From: a virus
IMG/VR virus record: IMGVR_UViG_3300019888_000003
Coordinates: 14,344-78,343 of that record
DNA: 64,000 nt
Reading direction: 5' to 3' (one strand)
Shown one piece after another: positions 37,819 through 46,885 of the stretch. Below the pieces are notes generated by a model, which was given only the letters and a program-made list of their open reading frames with translations, was not told where the DNA came from and did no database searches. Numbering within the stretch: position 1 is the first letter of the stretch; each line of letters opens with the position of its first letter. The translations under genes were made by a program, and so were the position numbers.

Positions 37819-38057
37819 TGCAACACGAGGCGCAGGCCGGAGACCTCCAGCCCGGTGATCGGATCGTCGGATTCAGTCGGATGGGCAAGTGGAAGAAAGT
37901 CGACTTCTCCATCGCGAAGATCGAGGGGGACCGCGACAAGATGTTAGTCATCACTGGAGCGGGAACGTCGTTTCAGTGTCTACACCTGTTGTGCACTGTT
38001 CCAGTGCGCTACGAACGGAAGAATGTGAACACCACGAACCCTGAGGAGGGCTCATGA
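37818..38057 (+). CDS. Hypothetical protein
   Basis: TGATG coupling; AGDLQPGDRI beta-barrel-like start. Confidence 0.6.
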   Translation: MQHEAQAGDLQPGDRIVGFSRMGKWKKVDFSIAKIEGDRDKMLVITGAGTSFQCLHLLCTVPVRYERKNVNTTNPEEGS

Positions 38058-38365
38058 TCGCACGGCTGAGTACCAAGTACACGAACGAGGACGTCGAGTT
38101 CGTTTTCGGGCGGTACGCAGACGGCTCCACTGCCATTCAGGCGTTCTCCGAGTACGGGGAGCCGATAGCGAAGGCGACTGTCTGCCTGGCGGCTCAGAAC
38201 GAGCTGCCACTACCCGGCAACGTGTTCATCAAGGACTGGGAGGAGAACGAGGGGGTGTTGGAGTCGCTGGTGTCCTCGGGCATCGTGTCGAGTCCGATTC
38301 GGGAGATCGCCGTGGGGCCATACGGCTGCACTGCTTACGAGTGCAAGGTACTTCGGGACAAGTGA
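38054..38365 (+). CDS. Hypothetical protein
   Basis: GAGGAGG RBS; GEPIAKATVCL...VFIKDWEENEG. Confidence 0.72.
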   Translation: MIARLSTKYTNEDVEFVFGRYADGSTAIQAFSEYGEPIAKATVCLAAQNELPLPGNVFIKDWEENEGVLESLVSSGIVSSPIREIAVGPYGCTAYECKVLRDK

Positions 38366-38508
38366 TGAAAATCCATGTGATAGACGAAGAGTCGGGCAAC
38401 GGTCGCACCTACGAGATTCCGAACGACACCGAGGAGATCACGATCTATGTGACCGGCCACGGAACATCAGACTTTGATTTCGGTCCACCGCAGAAGTATT
38501 CGCGATGA
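38365..38508 (+). CDS. Small hypothetical protein (47 aa)
   Basis: Start/stop overlaps on both sides (TGATG and ATGA). Confidence 0.55.
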   Translation: MKIHVIDEESGNGRTYEIPNDTEEITIYVTGHGTSDFDFGPPQKYSR

Positions 38509-38717
38509 AGGTATGGGCAGTGATTCAACACGATGCTGGGTGTGACGACCCCGATTCGCACGCCGGGGACGACGGGGTGCGGGTGGTGGAGTTGTTCGCC
38601 ACCGAACAGACCGCAGCGCAGTGGGTGAATGCGCATCGAGACTCATGGCTCGGCGACAGCTACCACGTGCGTGAGATGTCGATACACGACAGCCTCAAGA
38701 TCGCGCGGCAGTACTGA
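38505..38717 (+). CDS. Hypothetical protein
   Basis: MKVWAV...ELFATEQTA pattern; translationally coupled. Confidence 0.65.
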   Translation: MKVWAVIQHDAGCDDPDSHAGDDGVRVVELFATEQTAAQWVNAHRDSWLGDSYHVREMSIHDSLKIARQY

Positions 38718-39205
38718 TGAACTACGGAGTACGGCGCGGGTGGAGTCGGCAGACCGTTCCTGCGCCGTATTTCGATCTGTCTACCTGGACCCTGGTGCTT
38801 TACGACTCCGAGGTGCGGGGCGATCCGGCGACACCGATCATGGACTGGATCATGCCGCCCTACGGCAGGGACCCCTACGACTCCGCCGAGGTGCTGGCGG
38901 TACTCAATGCGACGTGCTATCACCTGAACCGCTACCCCTTGCAGGCCCCGTTCATACGGCACGAGGACGCTTGGGAGTGGCTGAATTGTCGGTGTGAGTT
39001 CCCCGGATACTTTGCCAACGGCGAGGACGTGCTCATGGTGCACTGTCCACTGTGTCGGGTGGTATCGGGCAGCGTCTGCACCGTCATGCGCTCGGTGACC
39101 CAGGACGGTCTCGCCATCACCTACAAGATGAGCCCGCATACCGAACGAGTGCTGTGGTATCGGGGGCAGCACAACAGAGGCCTGCTCAATCCACCGAATT
39201 TCTGA
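38717..39205 (+). CDS. Hypothetical protein (Cys-containing)
   Basis: TGATG coupling; HCPLC...C...H motif. Confidence 0.6.
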   Translation: MNYGVRRGWSRQTVPAPYFDLSTWTLVLYDSEVRGDPATPIMDWIMPPYGRDPYDSAEVLAVLNATCYHLNRYPLQAPFIRHEDAWEWLNCRCEFPGYFANGEDVLMVHCPLCRVVSGSVCTVMRSVTQDGLAITYKMSPHTERVLWYRGQHNRGLLNPPNF

Positions 39206-39268
39206 TGAGAAAAGGAGTGGCACTACACAACTGCACGACACAGTTTCATTCGACCAAGGAGTTCAGCA

Positions 39269-39562
39269 ATGGGAACCAATCCTGATTACCCGAAAGACCG
39301 AGTGATCCTGCCCAACGATATGTACTTGCTGCTGTACAGACATCGGCCTCTGATCAAGATCGCATCGAAGTCGCACCGCGTTCTGATCGAGTCGATGCAC
39401 GGCCAGGACAGGTGGGACAATCCGCGTGGTAGCGATGTCATTTTGCGCTGCGAGGAGATCGGTCGGAACAACAGCGATGGCTATGTTCCGACGCCGAATC
39501 GCGAACACCCCGACGACTGGGTGTGCGTACGCCGGTCGGAGCTGATGCTGCTGCGCCGCTAG
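39269..39562 (+). CDS. Hypothetical protein
   Basis: AAGGAG RBS. Confidence 0.6.
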   Translation: MGTNPDYPKDRVILPNDMYLLLYRHRPLIKIASKSHRVLIESMHGQDRWDNPRGSDVILRCEEIGRNNSDGYVPTPNREHPDDWVCVRRSELMLLRR

Positions 39563-39614
39563 GACCCATGGCGCTCCGAAGTTGAGTAGATAGCTTCGGG
39601 GCGTCATCCCGGCG

Positions 39615-39654
39615 GTAACATTTTTTATATTTGGATGTATATAGTAGGTAGAGA
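39615..39654 (+). promoter_or_regulatory. Repeated AT-rich early promoter, copy 2
   Basis: GTAACATTTTTTATAT...TATATAGTAGGTAGAGA, preceded by a hairpin at about 39573-39602. Confidence 0.75.
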
Positions 39655-39695
39655 GGCTCACACGGAGCCACAGGCGCAGCCCACGGAGGCCCATC

Positions 39696-40964
39696 ATGTC
39701 GGAGATTCCCGCCCAGTTCCTAGCCACACCAGCAGAAGTCGAAGACACCAGCTTCCTGGTGCACGCCCACAAACTGGCCATCTTCGTAGAGAAGATCGAC
39801 AAGGCCAACCGGCGCTTGGAGCGCAACGGCCTCGACGGTCGTTTCGCCGCCGTTCAGGTTGGGGAGAAGACGGCCACGCGCGGCAACGGCATCGTGGATC
39901 ACTGGTACCGCTTCGAGCTGGAGCGCCCGGAGTTCAACGCCATTGCGGACTGGAAGTTCGTTGCTACAGTGAAGTTCGAGGAGGGTGGCACGCTGCTCCA
40001 GGTCATTCCCGGCGAGACGTTGCACGGCGCGGTGGATCGCGAGGCACTCGATTCGCACTGGTGCGATCACTGCCACACCGCTCGCAACCGCAATCGTAGC
40101 TACCTGGTTCGCAATACCGAGACCGGAGAGATCAAGCAGATCGGGAGCACGTGCCTGGAGCTGTTCTTCGGGGTGGAGATCAAGGGCCTCTGGGCGCTGG
40201 AATGGACGATGGAGGACTTTTCCGAGGGCGATGACGAGAGCTGGGGTAGCGACAGCTTCTATCGAGTGCCGTTCACCTACAACGTGCGGTTCGTTCTCGC
40301 GCTCGCTCACGTCTTGACCAACGGCGGACAGGGATTCATCAGCCGGGGTGTGGCACGCGACGATGAGCGCAAGACGGCCACTGCTGACGAGGTACTTCAC
40401 AACATCCATTTCCGTCCGCGCTCCTGGCGTGACGCCGACGAGGCTGCTCGGGTTGAGAAGAACATGGCTGCTGCCGCCGCACTGGTCGACACGGACGTCG
40501 TAGACTCCGTCCTGGCGGCGGCGGGGACGTTGTCGGAAGGCGATTACAAGGACAACATGACGGTCGCGGTGCGTAGCGAAAGCATCACCGGAGCGGCACT
40601 GGGTGTCCTGGTCAGCCTGATCACGGTGTGGCACCGCAACAACGAGAAGGCAGCCAACGCCGAGCGGGAGGCCAAGGCCACCGACAAGCTCAACGAGTTC
40701 GTCGGGGCGAAGAAGGAGCGCCTGCGCGATCTCGCGCTCGTCGTTACTCGGGTGCATAGCTGGGAAGGCGACTTCGGGACCACGACGCTGCTGGCCATGG
40801 AGGATGCTCAGGGCCGCTCGTTCAAATGGTTCGCATCCAAGTGGCTCCCGATCGAGGCGGGCGACACACTGAAGCTGACCGGAACAGTCAAGGAGCACTC
40901 GGTCTACCAGGGCCGCAAGGAGACAGTTCTCACGCGCTGCACGCTGAACGTAGCTACAGCCTGA
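39696..40964 (+). CDS. Phage protein with a zinc motif and C-terminal OB-fold-like domain
   Basis: CDHCHTARNR...QIGSTCL; C-terminal FKWF...GTVKEHSVYQGRKETVLTRC. Confidence 0.7.
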   Translation: MSEIPAQFLATPAEVEDTSFLVHAHKLAIFVEKIDKANRRLERNGLDGRFAAVQVGEKTATRGNGIVDHWYRFELERPEFNAIADWKFVATVKFEEGGTLLQVIPGETLHGAVDREALDSHWCDHCHTARNRNRSYLVRNTETGEIKQIGSTCLELFFGVEIKGLWALEWTMEDFSEGDDESWGSDSFYRVPFTYNVRFVLALAHVLTNGGQGFISRGVARDDERKTATADEVLHNIHFRPRSWRDADEAARVEKNMAAAAALVDTDVVDSVLAAAGTLSEGDYKDNMTVAVRSESITGAALGVLVSLITVWHRNNEKAANAEREAKATDKLNEFVGAKKERLRDLALVVTRVHSWEGDFGTTTLLAMEDAQGRSFKWFASKWLPIEAGDTLKLTGTVKEHSVYQGRKETVLTRCTLNVATA

Positions 40965-41113
40965 TTCTCGCCCCAGGTGCCGGAGCACGGCGTTACCCTA
41001 AGACAGACGAAACGCCCCGCTGATACGGGGCGCTCGCCAATGCGTTAGTAGTTTGCCGAACCTCTACGCGCCTCTGATCTTATCAGCGGTCGGAGTGCGA
41101 GGAAGTAATAATC

Positions 41114-41941
41114 GTGATCACTCCGATCTGCCGAGTGGTGGGATCTACCGCCGCTTGTGTCTTCAACGAACTCCAGTCGTATGCATCGCTACCTGACGGT
41201 GCCAGGCCCTCTATCGGGAGGGTGGCAACAGCGCTCGGGTGTTCTCGTTCCACGGTGCAGCGTTCGATACGCCGCCTAGTGGATGCTGGCTACTTGACGG
41301 TTGAGAATCGCTACGCCACAGAGATGGGTCAACTCCCCTCTCGCTACGGGTTCCCCAGCTCAGACCCCCAGGTCATCACTGCTACCCCCGTAGCGCATCT
41401 ATGCCCTACCCCCGTAGCAGAAATGCGCTACGAAACAACTACAACTACTAGTAATAATAATTCTTTAGGTATTGTGGCGAAGCCGAAAATGACGACGAAG
41501 CGTGAGCTAGGGGAGAGAACAGGAACGAAGACGGGGATGGCAGTGCTTGGGCGAGAGAAGAAATTCGGTCCTGGACACTCTGACCCTGAGAAAAGAGCGA
41601 AGGCTGACCGCATCGTCGCTGTGTTCAAGAGACACCGGGAGAGTAAGAACTGCACGATGCCTGGCACGCTGATCGGGTGGAGAAAGACCGCGTTAATTTT
41701 TCTCCAGGAGGGAAGGGGCTGCGACGAGGTGCTTCGGGTGCTGAAATACATACTCGCAGACGAGTTCTGGGAGCCTCAGATAAAAGATTTGTTTCACTTG
41801 CATGATCGTTACGACCAGTTTCGGCTGATGGCGGAGCGGGATCTCGGTACACCTGTGCATCGTGCTGGTTCGGCAGACGCTGACGTTCAGATACCTGATG
41901 GACACGACGTGATGGCGAGGATGCGCTCGGCGGCGAGCTGA
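41114..41941 (+). CDS. Winged-HTH protein, replication-initiator-like
   Basis: PSIGRVATALGCSRSTVQRSIRRLVDAGYL HTH; internal DNA repeats; C-terminal DEFW...L...YDQ domain. Confidence 0.7.
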   Translation: MITPICRVVGSTAACVFNELQSYASLPDGARPSIGRVATALGCSRSTVQRSIRRLVDAGYLTVENRYATEMGQLPSRYGFPSSDPQVITATPVAHLCPTPVAEMRYETTTTTSNNNSLGIVAKPKMTTKRELGERTGTKTGMAVLGREKKFGPGHSDPEKRAKADRIVAVFKRHRESKNCTMPGTLIGWRKTALIFLQEGRGCDEVLRVLKYILADEFWEPQIKDLFHLHDRYDQFRLMAERDLGTPVHRAGSADADVQIPDGHDVMARMRSAAS

Positions 41942-42143
41942 GAATAAAAAATCTCCTTCGGAATTCTGTCTTGGCCTCTGCCTGCGCAAACGAGGTTCTG
42001 GGTTATACCCCTACGAGTAGGCTAGGGAGTTGGACGACAGCAAGAAGGTGAACGTGAGCATTAAATCCACAGCTGTGAAAATAATTCTCATCACCGCCGC
42101 GCTGACCGCACTGAACCGATACCGACGAAAGATGGTGACAGAC

Positions 42144-42947
42144 ATGGGTGTTGTAGCCGATGCTCTCAACGCTGCCAATGCGCAGCTGGTCAAGATCAAG
42201 GGAGAGTTCATCGCCAAGATCGACGACCTCGAAGCTCAGCTTTCTGCCAAGGTCTCCCTTGATGCTTCGGACACGCAGGCGTTGGCCGACCTCAAGACCG
42301 GCCTCGACGACCTGGACAACGTCATCCCCGACGCCGTCACGGTCCCGCTTCCCGATCCGGCCACTCCGCCGACCGACCCGGTCACCGACCCGGCAGTCAT
42401 CGACCCGGCTGCTCCCATCGACACGTCCGGTGGCACCGTCGTGACCACCGACCCGGTCACAGTGGTAGTCGATCCCACGACTGCTCCGGTAGAGGCGAGC
42501 ACGCTGCCCGCCGACACCACGGTGGTCGAAGTTCCTGCCGACGTCGAGACTCCGGTCGTGGTTCCGGTGGACGCCACTCCGGTTGCGGCGGGCGAGGTTG
42601 CTCCCGACGCCACTGTCGTTCCGGTGGTCGTTGCTCCGGTGGAGGTCACCCCGACCGACACCACAGCGGCTCCCGTAGCTGCGGGCGATCTTCCGGCTGA
42701 CACCAACGTGGTCGAGGTTCCGGCACCGAGCGATCCTGCTGCTCCGGTGGAGGTTCCCGCCGACGCGGTGCCGGTGACGGCAGGCACACTGGACGCCTCC
42801 GCCACAGTCATCCCCGTCGACGTGGCAGTGGCAGCGGATGCCAGTGTCGCCGCAGACGGTGCGCCGCTCACTCCCGCAGAAGCCATCGCGGCGGGTGTGC
42901 CGATTCCGGACCCCAACCAGTCGGTACCGCCTTCGGCAACCGGCTAG
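42144..42947 (+). CDS. Coiled-coil protein with V/P/T/A/D-rich repeats (start uncertain)
   Basis: Strong codon bias from about 42144; repeated LPADTxVVEVPA units. Confidence 0.65.
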   Translation: MGVVADALNAANAQLVKIKGEFIAKIDDLEAQLSAKVSLDASDTQALADLKTGLDDLDNVIPDAVTVPLPDPATPPTDPVTDPAVIDPAAPIDTSGGTVVTTDPVTVVVDPTTAPVEASTLPADTTVVEVPADVETPVVVPVDATPVAAGEVAPDATVVPVVVAPVEVTPTDTTAAPVAAGDLPADTNVVEVPAPSDPAAPVEVPADAVPVTAGTLDASATVIPVDVAVAADASVAADGAPLTPAEAIAAGVPIPDPNQSVPPSATG

Positions 42948-43078
42948 GAAAACCACCCCGGCTCTTCGGGCAACGCCGGGGCCACCGACAGGACAGTCAT
43001 CCTCTTTCGCCTTCGCGGAATGGCTGTCCTGTTGTTGTGTGAGCGGGTCGGCATAAGAGGTAGATGAGAGGAGGTCCG

Positions 43079-43240
43079 ATGGCCACACAGCCGATAGCGC
43101 CGCACATCATCGCGATCACCGAGGACGACGGTCGTCTTGACGAGCGCTGGATTCCCGAGCGTTTGGCCGCCGAGAACCTGGAGTCCGACGTCGATCTCGT
43201 CCTGCTCTTCGAAAACGGCATCGCGGGCAAGGTGGAGTAG
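43079..43240 (+). CDS. Small fibre-associated protein (53 aa)
   Basis: GAGGAGG RBS; DGRLDERWIP...DLVLLFENGI. Confidence 0.65.
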   Translation: MATQPIAPHIIAITEDDGRLDERWIPERLAAENLESDVDLVLLFENGIAGKVE

Positions 43241-43381
43241 GTGGGTGGCAAGATCGCACTGGCACAGGATGTGGACGGTCGTCTCCTGGAAGATCAGATG
43301 CCGACATACCTGACCGATTTTCTCGACCCCGTCGTGAACCTGGTCGACTACTTCGATGAAAATCTGGGAGTAATACCATGA
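43241..43381 (+). CDS. Small fibre-associated protein (46 aa), paralog of the preceding gene
   Basis: DGRLLEDQMP...NLVDYFDENL; ATGA overlap with the next gene. Confidence 0.6.
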   Translation: MGGKIALAQDVDGRLLEDQMPTYLTDFLDPVVNLVDYFDENLGVIP

Positions 43382-44055
43382 CTCTGGTCGATCAGGTCAA
43401 GTCGCTCATCGTCCGCGATACGACCGAATTCAAGTTGGTCTACGCCAAGATCGGGTCGCTCGGGTCGTTGACCACCAGCGACAAGACGAACCTGGTGGCG
43501 GCGATCAACGAGGTCGTGGCTGCCGTCGTGGGCGGTGGCGGTGCCAGCATCAACGACACCACGCCCAGCACCTCGTCGGTCTACAGCTCCAGCAAGACCG
43601 AAGCCATCCTGGCGACGGGGCTGGCGCTCAAGCCGGTCATCAACGACTCGACCGCGACATCGACGGATGTTTATTCCAGCTCCAAGGTCGTCGCGGTCAC
43701 CGCCGCAGCGGTGGCCAACAGGCCGATCATCAACGACGTCACCGCAAGCGGTACGGCGGTCTACTCCAGTACCCACGTCGATGCGCAGATCGCCACGGCG
43801 GTCGCCAACCTGGTCAACGGCGCTCCGGGATTGATGGACACTCTCGGTGAAATTGCTACCGCACTGGGCAACGACGAAAGCTCCATCACGACCATCACCA
43901 CAGGACTGACGTTCCGGCTGCGGTTCGATGCCGCGCAGACGTTGTCAGGGCCACAGAAGACGCAAGGATTGACCAACCTCGGGGCAGTGCCGACGACGGA
44001 CATCGGTGATGTGACGTTCGATTTCGTGGCCTACTTCGAGGCCAACCTAGTCTGA
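43378..44055 (+). CDS. Fibre protein
   Basis: LTTSDKTNLVAAINEV, three INDxTxSxxxVYSS repeats, APGLMDTLGEIATALGND. Confidence 0.8.
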   Translation: MTLVDQVKSLIVRDTTEFKLVYAKIGSLGSLTTSDKTNLVAAINEVVAAVVGGGGASINDTTPSTSSVYSSSKTEAILATGLALKPVINDSTATSTDVYSSSKVVAVTAAAVANRPIINDVTASGTAVYSSTHVDAQIATAVANLVNGAPGLMDTLGEIATALGNDESSITTITTGLTFRLRFDAAQTLSGPQKTQGLTNLGAVPTTDIGDVTFDFVAYFEANLV

Positions 44056-44077
44056 GGAATCGGGAGGTAGACAGCCC

Positions 44078-46198
44078 ATGTCTCTGACCGATCAGATCAA
44101 GGCGCTCGTTGTTCGGGAGACCACTGAGTTCAAGTCTGTCCGCACAGCTCTGACCGGTAAGTCCGCTGTGGGTCACAACCATCCCTCCACCGACATCAAC
44201 GACTCCACTGCGGTGGGTCGTTCGCTCGTGGTGGCTTCCACTCCGCTGGCCGCCCGTACCGCTATCGGGGCGGGGACGTCCTCTCTCGTCATCGGCACGG
44301 CAGCTGGTACGGCCAAGGACGGTGCCTATGCTCCGGCGTCGACCGATATCTCGGACAGCACTGCCATAGGGCGTGCGCTTGTCGTGGCTGTGGACGCGAC
44401 CACGGCACGATCTGCCATCGGTGCGGGCACTTCTTCACTGGTGCTCGGATCGTCGGGTACAACGGCGGCAGCGGGCGACCATGTGCACGCCTACAGTTCG
44501 CTGACTTCCATTCCTTCCACGTTCGCTCCGATCATCGGCTCCGGTGCTGCGCAGGCCGTGGCGGGTAACGATGCTCGACTGACGGACGCCCGGACTCCGC
44601 TCACGCACGTGCACGCGCAGAGCGACATCACCGGCCTGGCGGCGTCTTTGGCGGCCAAGGCGGACCTCGTCGGCGGACTTGTTCCGACGAGCCAGATGCC
44701 TCCGCTTGCACTCACCACGGCAGTGCCGGTGGCGTCCCAGGCGGCGATGTTGGCGTTGACGACCGGACAGGTGCAGCCAGGCGATCTGGCCATTCGCAGC
44801 GACGGTGCGGGCACCTTCATCTTGATGGCAGCAGACCCCTCGGTGTTGGGGAACTGGACGCTGTTGAATACGCCCACCAACGTTGTCACGAGTGTCAACG
44901 CCATGACCGGAGCGGTCGTGCTCGGGAAGGCGGATGTCGGTCTGGGGAACGCGGACAACACGTCCGACATCACCAAGAACGCCGCCGTGGCCACGCTCAC
45001 CAACAAGACTCTGACCAGCCCGGTCATCAACACCCCGACTGGCATCGTCAAGGGTGACGTCGGCCTCGGCAACACCGACAACACCTCCGACACCACCAAG
45101 AACGCGGCAGCCGTAGCTCTGACGAACAAAGACCTCACCAGCGGTACGAACACCTTCCCGACCCTGAATCAGAGCACGACCGGAAATGCTGCCACGGCCA
45201 CGAAGCTGACAACGGCACGCAACATCAACGGGGTTGCTTTCGATGGCACTGGCAACATCACGGTGGCCGATTCGACCAAGGAACCCACGATCACGGTGGG
45301 ATCGGGGACGCAGTACTGGCGCGGAGACAAGGTCTGGTCGACGCTCAACGCCGCCTCGGTCGGTCTCGGGAACGTCGACAACACATCGGATGTGACGAAG
45401 AATGCCGCTGCTGTCACGCTGACGAACAAGACGCTGACCAGTCCGGTTGTCAACACGCCGACAGGCATCGTTAAAGGTGACGTCGGTCTCGGGAACGTTG
45501 ACAACACGAGCGATGTGAACAAGCCGGTCTCCACGGCACAAGCTGCTGCTGATGCGACCAAGGAGCCGTCGATCGCGGTCGGTACCACCGGGCAGTACTG
45601 GCGTGGTGACAAGTCGTGGCAGACGTTGCCTGCTGGTGGTGGGGACGCGCTGACGACCAACCCGCTGTCACAGTTTGCAGCGACCACGTCGTTACAACTG
45701 AAAGGCGTCCTATCGGATGAGACTGGTTCCGGCGCACTGGTTTTCGGCACATCCCCCGCTCTTGTTACGCCGACCGGAATCGTCAAAGGCGATGTAGGAC
45801 TCGGCAATGTCGACAACACAAGCGATGCGACGAAGCAGACCGCCAACGACGCTCGCTACGTCCCTCTCGACCCCAGGGTGAACACGGTGGCATCCTCTGC
45901 TACCCCCGCGATCAACACGGATACGACCGATCTCTTCACGATTACCGCTCTCGCTGCGGCTATCACGTCGATGACCACCAACTTGACCGGAACTCCGGTC
46001 AACGGTCAGAAGTTGATGATTCGTATCAAGGACAACGCCACCGCTCGTGCTATCACGTGGGGCGCTAGCTTCGTCGCCTCCGGCGCGTCTGCGCTTCCGA
46101 CGACGACGACCATCAGCAAGACGCACACGGTCAGCTTCATCTACGATTCAGTCGCGGTAAAATGGGTCTGCATGGCTGCTGATTTGGTGGGTTACTGA
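44078..46198 (+). CDS. Long tail fibre protein
   Basis: Five (D/S)VGLGNxDNTSD repeats, TLTNKTLTSP, ARNINGVAFDG and QYWRGDK repeats. Confidence 0.85.
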   Translation: MSLTDQIKALVVRETTEFKSVRTALTGKSAVGHNHPSTDINDSTAVGRSLVVASTPLAARTAIGAGTSSLVIGTAAGTAKDGAYAPASTDISDSTAIGRALVVAVDATTARSAIGAGTSSLVLGSSGTTAAAGDHVHAYSSLTSIPSTFAPIIGSGAAQAVAGNDARLTDARTPLTHVHAQSDITGLAASLAAKADLVGGLVPTSQMPPLALTTAVPVASQAAMLALTTGQVQPGDLAIRSDGAGTFILMAADPSVLGNWTLLNTPTNVVTSVNAMTGAVVLGKADVGLGNADNTSDITKNAAVATLTNKTLTSPVINTPTGIVKGDVGLGNTDNTSDTTKNAAAVALTNKDLTSGTNTFPTLNQSTTGNAATATKLTTARNINGVAFDGTGNITVADSTKEPTITVGSGTQYWRGDKVWSTLNAASVGLGNVDNTSDVTKNAAAVTLTNKTLTSPVVNTPTGIVKGDVGLGNVDNTSDVNKPVSTAQAAADATKEPSIAVGTTGQYWRGDKSWQTLPAGGGDALTTNPLSQFAATTSLQLKGVLSDETGSGALVFGTSPALVTPTGIVKGDVGLGNVDNTSDATKQTANDARYVPLDPRVNTVASSATPAINTDTTDLFTITALAAAITSMTTNLTGTPVNGQKLMIRIKDNATARAITWGASFVASGASALPTTTTISKTHTVSFIYDSVAVKWVCMAADLVGY

Positions 46199-46824
46199 TG
46201 TATCGCGAGGACTGGAACATCGCCAACGTTGCCAACCTGGGACCGAACTTCAGGATGGACGTCAATACCGCGCGCATCTTTTCCACTGTGGCGCTGGGTC
46301 CGACCGGATTGAACTCCGGCGGGTGGAGTACGTATCAGGGCGGCTCGATCAGCGGCAAGATGAACTCCAACGACATGATCGTCAGCTGTCAGCTGATCAC
46401 GCCACCGGACGGCACACTGGGGATAACGCAGTCGGAATTCATGTGCCTACGAAAACCCGATACGTGGTCGACTACCGGCACGGCGGGTACGTTCTTCATG
46501 TTCGGTCAGTCCAGCAACGGCGCGTGGTACATATATTCCTCTGTTCAGGCGACCGCGACTGTCCGTGCCCAAGGCACAGCATCAGGGTTTGCGACGGGTG
46601 ACATTATTTCCTTCGGTGCCTTTGGGACTGTGTACGCCGCGTACCAGAACGGTGTGCTGATCCCTGGCGCGACGTTTACGGATACCGGTAACGCAATCGC
46701 GAGCGTTGGGCCGACCAAGCGGCGCTGGGGGCTACTCACTCAGGTCGCCAACAGCAACATCCAGGGGTTGTCTCCTGACTGGTGTTCTTCGACGGAGCCC
46801 AACCAGTTCTTCATGGCAGCGTGA
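46198..46824 (+). CDS. Fibre tip / receptor-binding accessory protein
   Basis: TGATG coupling to the fibre gene; beta-rich, lectin-like composition. Confidence 0.55.
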   Translation: MYREDWNIANVANLGPNFRMDVNTARIFSTVALGPTGLNSGGWSTYQGGSISGKMNSNDMIVSCQLITPPDGTLGITQSEFMCLRKPDTWSTTGTAGTFFMFGQSSNGAWYIYSSVQATATVRAQGTASGFATGDIISFGAFGTVYAAYQNGVLIPGATFTDTGNAIASVGPTKRRWGLLTQVANSNIQGLSPDWCSSTEPNQFFMAA

Positions 46825-46885
46825 TATCTCTGGCGATAACGGTAGCGTGAGCAGCACGAACGTTCATCGGCCAAGGAGAGGTCCA

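Noticed and set aside
44930-45830. Repeats suggesting a CRISPR array or DGR template/variable pair
   Set aside because: They are in-frame GLGNxDNTSD fibre repeats with synonymous variation, without adenine-specific changes, cas genes or a reverse transcriptase.
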